Assembly: GCA_051294375.1 (NCBI GenBank)
Contig: JBJCIZ010000327.1
Span: 18,257 to 42,593, forward strand
Origin: Paraspadella gotoi
Lineage: Eukaryota; Animalia; Chaetognatha
Length of the DNA: 24,337 bases
Direction of reading: 5' to 3'
Part shown: piece by piece, positions 20,537 through 24,337 of the stretch
Layout: every line of letters begins with the position of its first letter
Position numbering within the stretch: the stretch's first letter is position 1
Notes under the pieces: model-generated
Database searches by the model: none
The model's input: the letters and a program-made list of their open reading frames with translations, nothing else
What the model was told of the DNA's origin: nothing
Position numbers and translations under genes: made by a program

Positions 20537-20970
20537 CGCTGTTATTTTTGTTTGTAAAAATCACTCGATCACATTCAGTGTTTTCAGTTACAGTAAACTA
20601 CTTCAGAATGTTCATGACAAAAAAACAATTTGCCAACCACCACCGACTTTGTTTCCATTGTTTAACGCCTGGTCATATCTCCAGGCATTGTCAGTCAAAT
20701 CGTCGTTGTGTTGTCTGTAATGTGTTTCACCATTCCTCACTTCACGATTCATCTTTCCAAAAATTTCCCAAAAATAGGTCAATACGGAATGTACAAACCT
20801 CTGCCTTAAAAATTATCTCTGAGACACCCTCCATCTTAAATTCTATGACGTCAGCTTTACCAGAAAGAACAACTCTAACATCAACATCAACTCCGACATC
20901 AACAGCACCTTCAACCCCAACCACATCTTTAACGCCAGCAGAAATAGCTTCAACTCCAACACTAAAGTGA
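20537..20970 (+). pseudogene. BEL/Pao-type Gag zinc-knuckle region, interrupted
   Basis: LCFHCLTPGHISRHC-QSNRR-CVVCNVFHHSSLH matches the CX2CX4HX4C + CX2CX3HHXXLH pattern typical of BEL/Pao Gag. A broken first knuckle (RCYFCL*KSLDHIQC) lies at 20537-20581 in the frame of the upstream ORF. An S/T/P-rich tail follows. No pol was recognised downstream. Confidence 0.75.
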
Positions 20971-22152
20971 TCTGGGAACGGGCACCACATGTTTAGAAAG
21001 AAAATACTATAAATTAAAAAAATATATAATATAAATGTCGGCAAGGCAGAGCTTAGAAAATTTAATTAAGACTCGATTCTAAAACCATTGTCATGGCCTT
21101 ACCAAGGATGAGTGAGGAAGGGTTATCAGGACCCTTTCATGTCAGAAACCACGTTTAAAGGACGAACTTATATTTGTTGTGAAAACCTAGGAAGTAAAGA
21201 AAGCCTTACCCAAAGATATTGAATGGAAAGTATCAATTGCTACTTTTAAGTGGAAATTACAAAAAAATTCATAGAAACCTTCTTGTTGAAATAATAACAA
21301 GTTAAGACCCGATGGTGGAATGAGAAAAATAGGCGAGCATGAATCACAATGATTACTCCAAGTACTAAAACCAGAGGATTGCCTCCCCTCCCTTTCTGAT
21401 GCTTCAAAATATGAAAACTCAAAACAAAAACCCAAAATCTTACCAAATTAAACTCCAAATCAAACCCTTCAAAGCATCTTCTAAGTTCTCGTTATGGCTG
21501 TGTCTTAATGACTTAATGACTTGCCCCATTCTCTGAAACCACCAACAACTTATCTTGAAATTAGTCTCAACTCTGTCTGAAACCCTTTTTTTTTGCGCAA
21601 AAATTTCACATATGACGTTGCGTCTTGCACCTTCTCTTTTTTTTTTGCGCTTTTGTTTTACTCCCAGGCTTACTTGGTTTTCCGTTGTTGTCTCCTTCCT
21701 TCATCAATTCTGATCATTTGATAATTTAATTGATCTTGATATTTGATTCCCTAAAGTCCTGAACTTTTACTCATTAAATCTCTCAGCTTCAGGTATTTTT
21801 CCTGCTGGACTCATTTCCTAGGAACGAAAGATGAGTCATTGGTTCAACCATCATCCATGGAATCTAAAGTACAATTTATATTAAGTATTGTTGAGTATAA
21901 AAAAATATTAAAGTTAACAGTATGAAAATAAACTTTGTTACCCCTGTTTTTTGCCTTGTTCCTTGCCGAATGTTCACTTTAAAAACGAAAGCAAAACAAA
22001 TTATTTTAATAAACCCCAATACAATGATTTAGTCAAACTCATTCCCAGTATTAAATAAGTTAAACAAAAGGTCACGGTTTAGAATTATCACAATAACATA
22101 TTTAAACCATTCTCAATTTCACTAACCAGTTAGGTATGAAGTCTACCTTTAG

Positions 22153-22325
22153 GTCGAACGAGCTTGGACGGAGCTGGCAATGGCGAGGGCGATTGCTATA
22201 GAAACGGCGAAAATGATGACGACAAAGACAAAGACGGCAGCGACGATGACGACGACGATAACGACGATGGCGACAACGACGGTACCGGCGTGCCGGCGAT
22301 AGCGACGCCAATGGTGATCAAATAA
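22153..22325 (+). other. GAC/GAT-rich tract; possible acidic terminal exon
   Basis: A ctttag acceptor is followed by an open frame RTSLDGAGNGEGDCYRNGENDDDKDKDGSDDDDDDNDDGDNDG..* . It could equally be a degenerate microsatellite. Confidence 0.3.
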
Positions 22326-22399
22326 AAAAAAATAAAAAAAACTTCTTTGCGCCAAAATCGAAATCGAACTGACGTTCCTTCCCTCTCTTAAGCTCATAG

Positions 22400-22745
22400 A
22401 CTAGAAAATCGTAATATCGTCACCCACAATGCTTACTCTTTCTTAAGCTCTCTCTCTCCCTTCCATCCTACTCTCCTCTCACCTTTCCTCTCTCTTGCGC
22501 GTTTCCCCCTTCCACAAATTCTGAAGCATCACGAAAATAAAAACAAAAACCCCCCCAAAAAATCCCTACTTCTATTTCTTATTCCAAATAAAAAAAACAA
22601 AAAAAAAAAAAAACAACAACAACAAAAAAAAAAACTAGAAATCCTAAACTCGTTTATCTTCATTTCTCTCTTTCTCCCCCCCTCCCATCCTACTCTCGCC
22701 CTCCCTCTCTCTTGCGCGTCTCCCCCTCCTATGAATCCTCGAATC
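22400..22745 (+). repeat. Diverged direct repeat with a ~234-bp period
   Basis: actagaaa..ccatcctactctc..ctctctcttgcgcgt.tccccct starts at both 22400 and 22634. Confidence 0.75.
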
Positions 22746-23250
22746 GAACCAACAAACAAAAAAAAAAGCTTTCGGCGACTCTCCAGCAGAACGTCGGCAT
22801 GCGCCAGCGACATCCCGGCCAACGTCGTCATCGTTTCCCACGTCGGTGACGGACTACGACCCCATGGAACCGTCTTCCCGCGAAACTCCTGCTTTGCTCT
22901 TTTTGTTACCCCCCACTCCCTACAGCCCCCCTCTTCCCCATTATTTTTGCAAATTTTTACTTTCAAACTGAAAATATTCTAAACATTTGAAATTTCCTTT
23001 TAACAAAAGTTGCTTGTCGTGAATAATTTCCTGCGAATTGTAACAATTCTTAGTGAATTTTTATTTCTAGTTCACTGTATGATTTATTGCTACTGACTAC
23101 ATTTTCCCGTTAAATTTTTTAATTTTGTAGTTTTAAATTCTTAATTTTAAATTTTTAAATTAAAACAATCTTAATTTTCATTGAAACGCTTCTAGTTTCA
23201 TATTTGGTATGTTTAAATTGTTTAGTTTTTCAGTATGATTTCATAGATGC

Positions 23251-23757
23251 TTAAGAGGGGTAGCCGCACTCAATGGAGTGAGTCAAAATTAGAGTGAGTA
23301 CATGCTCAAACGAATATTTAGACAATATTTTAAGAATACTTCAATGGACAAAAAATTTCTAATATGGCTCTATACCCTAGTAATTAATTTTTTAATATTT
23401 ATTATAGATAGAAAGGCAAAAAATTTTTTTTGGAATTTTTAAATTTTAAGACCCAGATTCAGATAGCTCATTAAAGAAGTTGTCTACACAAAGTATGATT
23501 CTTTTTAAATATTTTTATGATAGTGTGTCAAAAATAAGAAAAACTATAAAAAAATCATCATCATCTTTCGATGATTTATCAGTTTTTTATGATTTTCACT
23601 TTAGAAAACGTAAGAATTTTTAGAAAGCTGTAATATATTTCTTGTTTAACTTTTTTTTTTTATGCTCTATCAGAATCCATCAAAAATTTTAAGAATTTTA
23701 AAAAAATTATTTTGCTTATAATAGTAAATAATTATTTTTAGTTAGGCGAGTACCCTC
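23251..23757. mobile_element. Degenerate palindromic MITE with a TTAA-type end
   Basis: TTAA-GAGGGGTAGCCGC vs GGCGAGTACCCTC termini. Inner inverted repeats 23456-23471/23662-23677 and 23552-23559/23570-23577 share a centre near 23565. Confidence 0.5.
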
Positions 23758-24259
23758 AGAAGAAAGCATTTTTTGACAAAAAAATATTTTAATACCATAT
23801 CTATGGTCATGATAGTTATTTAACGCTGTATAACATAGCATTTAAACCATACGGCTATGGCTACTTACGATCTTTTTATTTCATCTTTCCCCTTTAACTA
23901 TCCTTTCATTTTTTTTATGAAACAACTTCCTTTTTTTAATTTGATTTTGATTCTGATTGTTTGATTTTCTTTGCAAAAAAATCACGAAAAACTAAACAAA
24001 AACAATATAAATTTTGATTATTAAAAATAGCGTGCCTTACCCTCCCCTTGCGCAATTGTACCCTCCATCCCTTGATGAGCGGGGTTTTCCGTCAGTTGCT
24101 CACCCTTCTGAGAGTATCTATAACGCAGGATTTAGTGAGTCTTTAGAGATCAAGAACTAGAGGTAAGCAAAGGCAAGCATCGGTTAACGATAGAAACAAC
24201 AATGATCTCTCAGGTAAGCTCGGCCTAGCCACTAATCAAATGAACAATATAACCATATA

Positions 24260-24320
24260 AACTCTATAGACGAACCCTATAAACAAATCCTATGAATAAA
24301 CCCCATGAATAAACCCCGAC
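24260..24320. repeat. 13-bp minisatellite (AACCCTATGAATA-like) x~4.5
   Basis: Units start at 24260, 24273, 24286, 24299 and 24312. Confidence 0.8.
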
Positions 24321-24337
24321 GATGGCCAACTATCATT

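Noticed and set aside
20177-20607. Intron from GTAAGA (20177) joining the coiled-coil ORF to the zinc knuckles
   Set aside because: The nearby acceptors (20578, 20587, 20593, 20606) all give the wrong frame or an immediate stop.
16967-20970. The TRIM LTRs as the LTRs of the BEL gag-like ORF
   Set aside because: They are in the opposite orientation, the TRIM is closed by its own 4-bp TSD, and there is no downstream LTR.

Overview
AT-rich eukaryotic scaffold with many N gaps, made mostly of repeats. It is probably from an invertebrate: TTTCAG acceptors and a possible 62-nt intron fit a nematode, but this is not proven. No prokaryotic genes, rRNA or CRISPR are seen. Bases 1-12.3 kb contain the same locus two or three times (gapped direct copies plus a 2.5-kb inverted copy) with mostly indel differences, so part of this may be an assembly artefact. 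The most interesting element is a miniature LTR retrotransposon (TRIM) on the minus strand at 16967-17879. Its ~286-bp TG..CA LTRs each embed a 72-nt tRNA-like module (A box, CAT anticodon loop, B box, TATA at -24). It has a 37-bp internal region holding only PBS-like and PPT-like motifs, and a 4-bp TSD (TGAC). Two more diverged subfamilies of this LTR occur elsewhere in the window. Also present: a TTAGGG-based higher-order repeat (~139-bp unit), a TGT..ACA foldback element with a 5-bp TSD, two hAT-like ends, a TTAA-type MITE, a broken BEL/Pao gag-like gene with a 45-aa coiled-coil repeat, and a possible small orphan gene.
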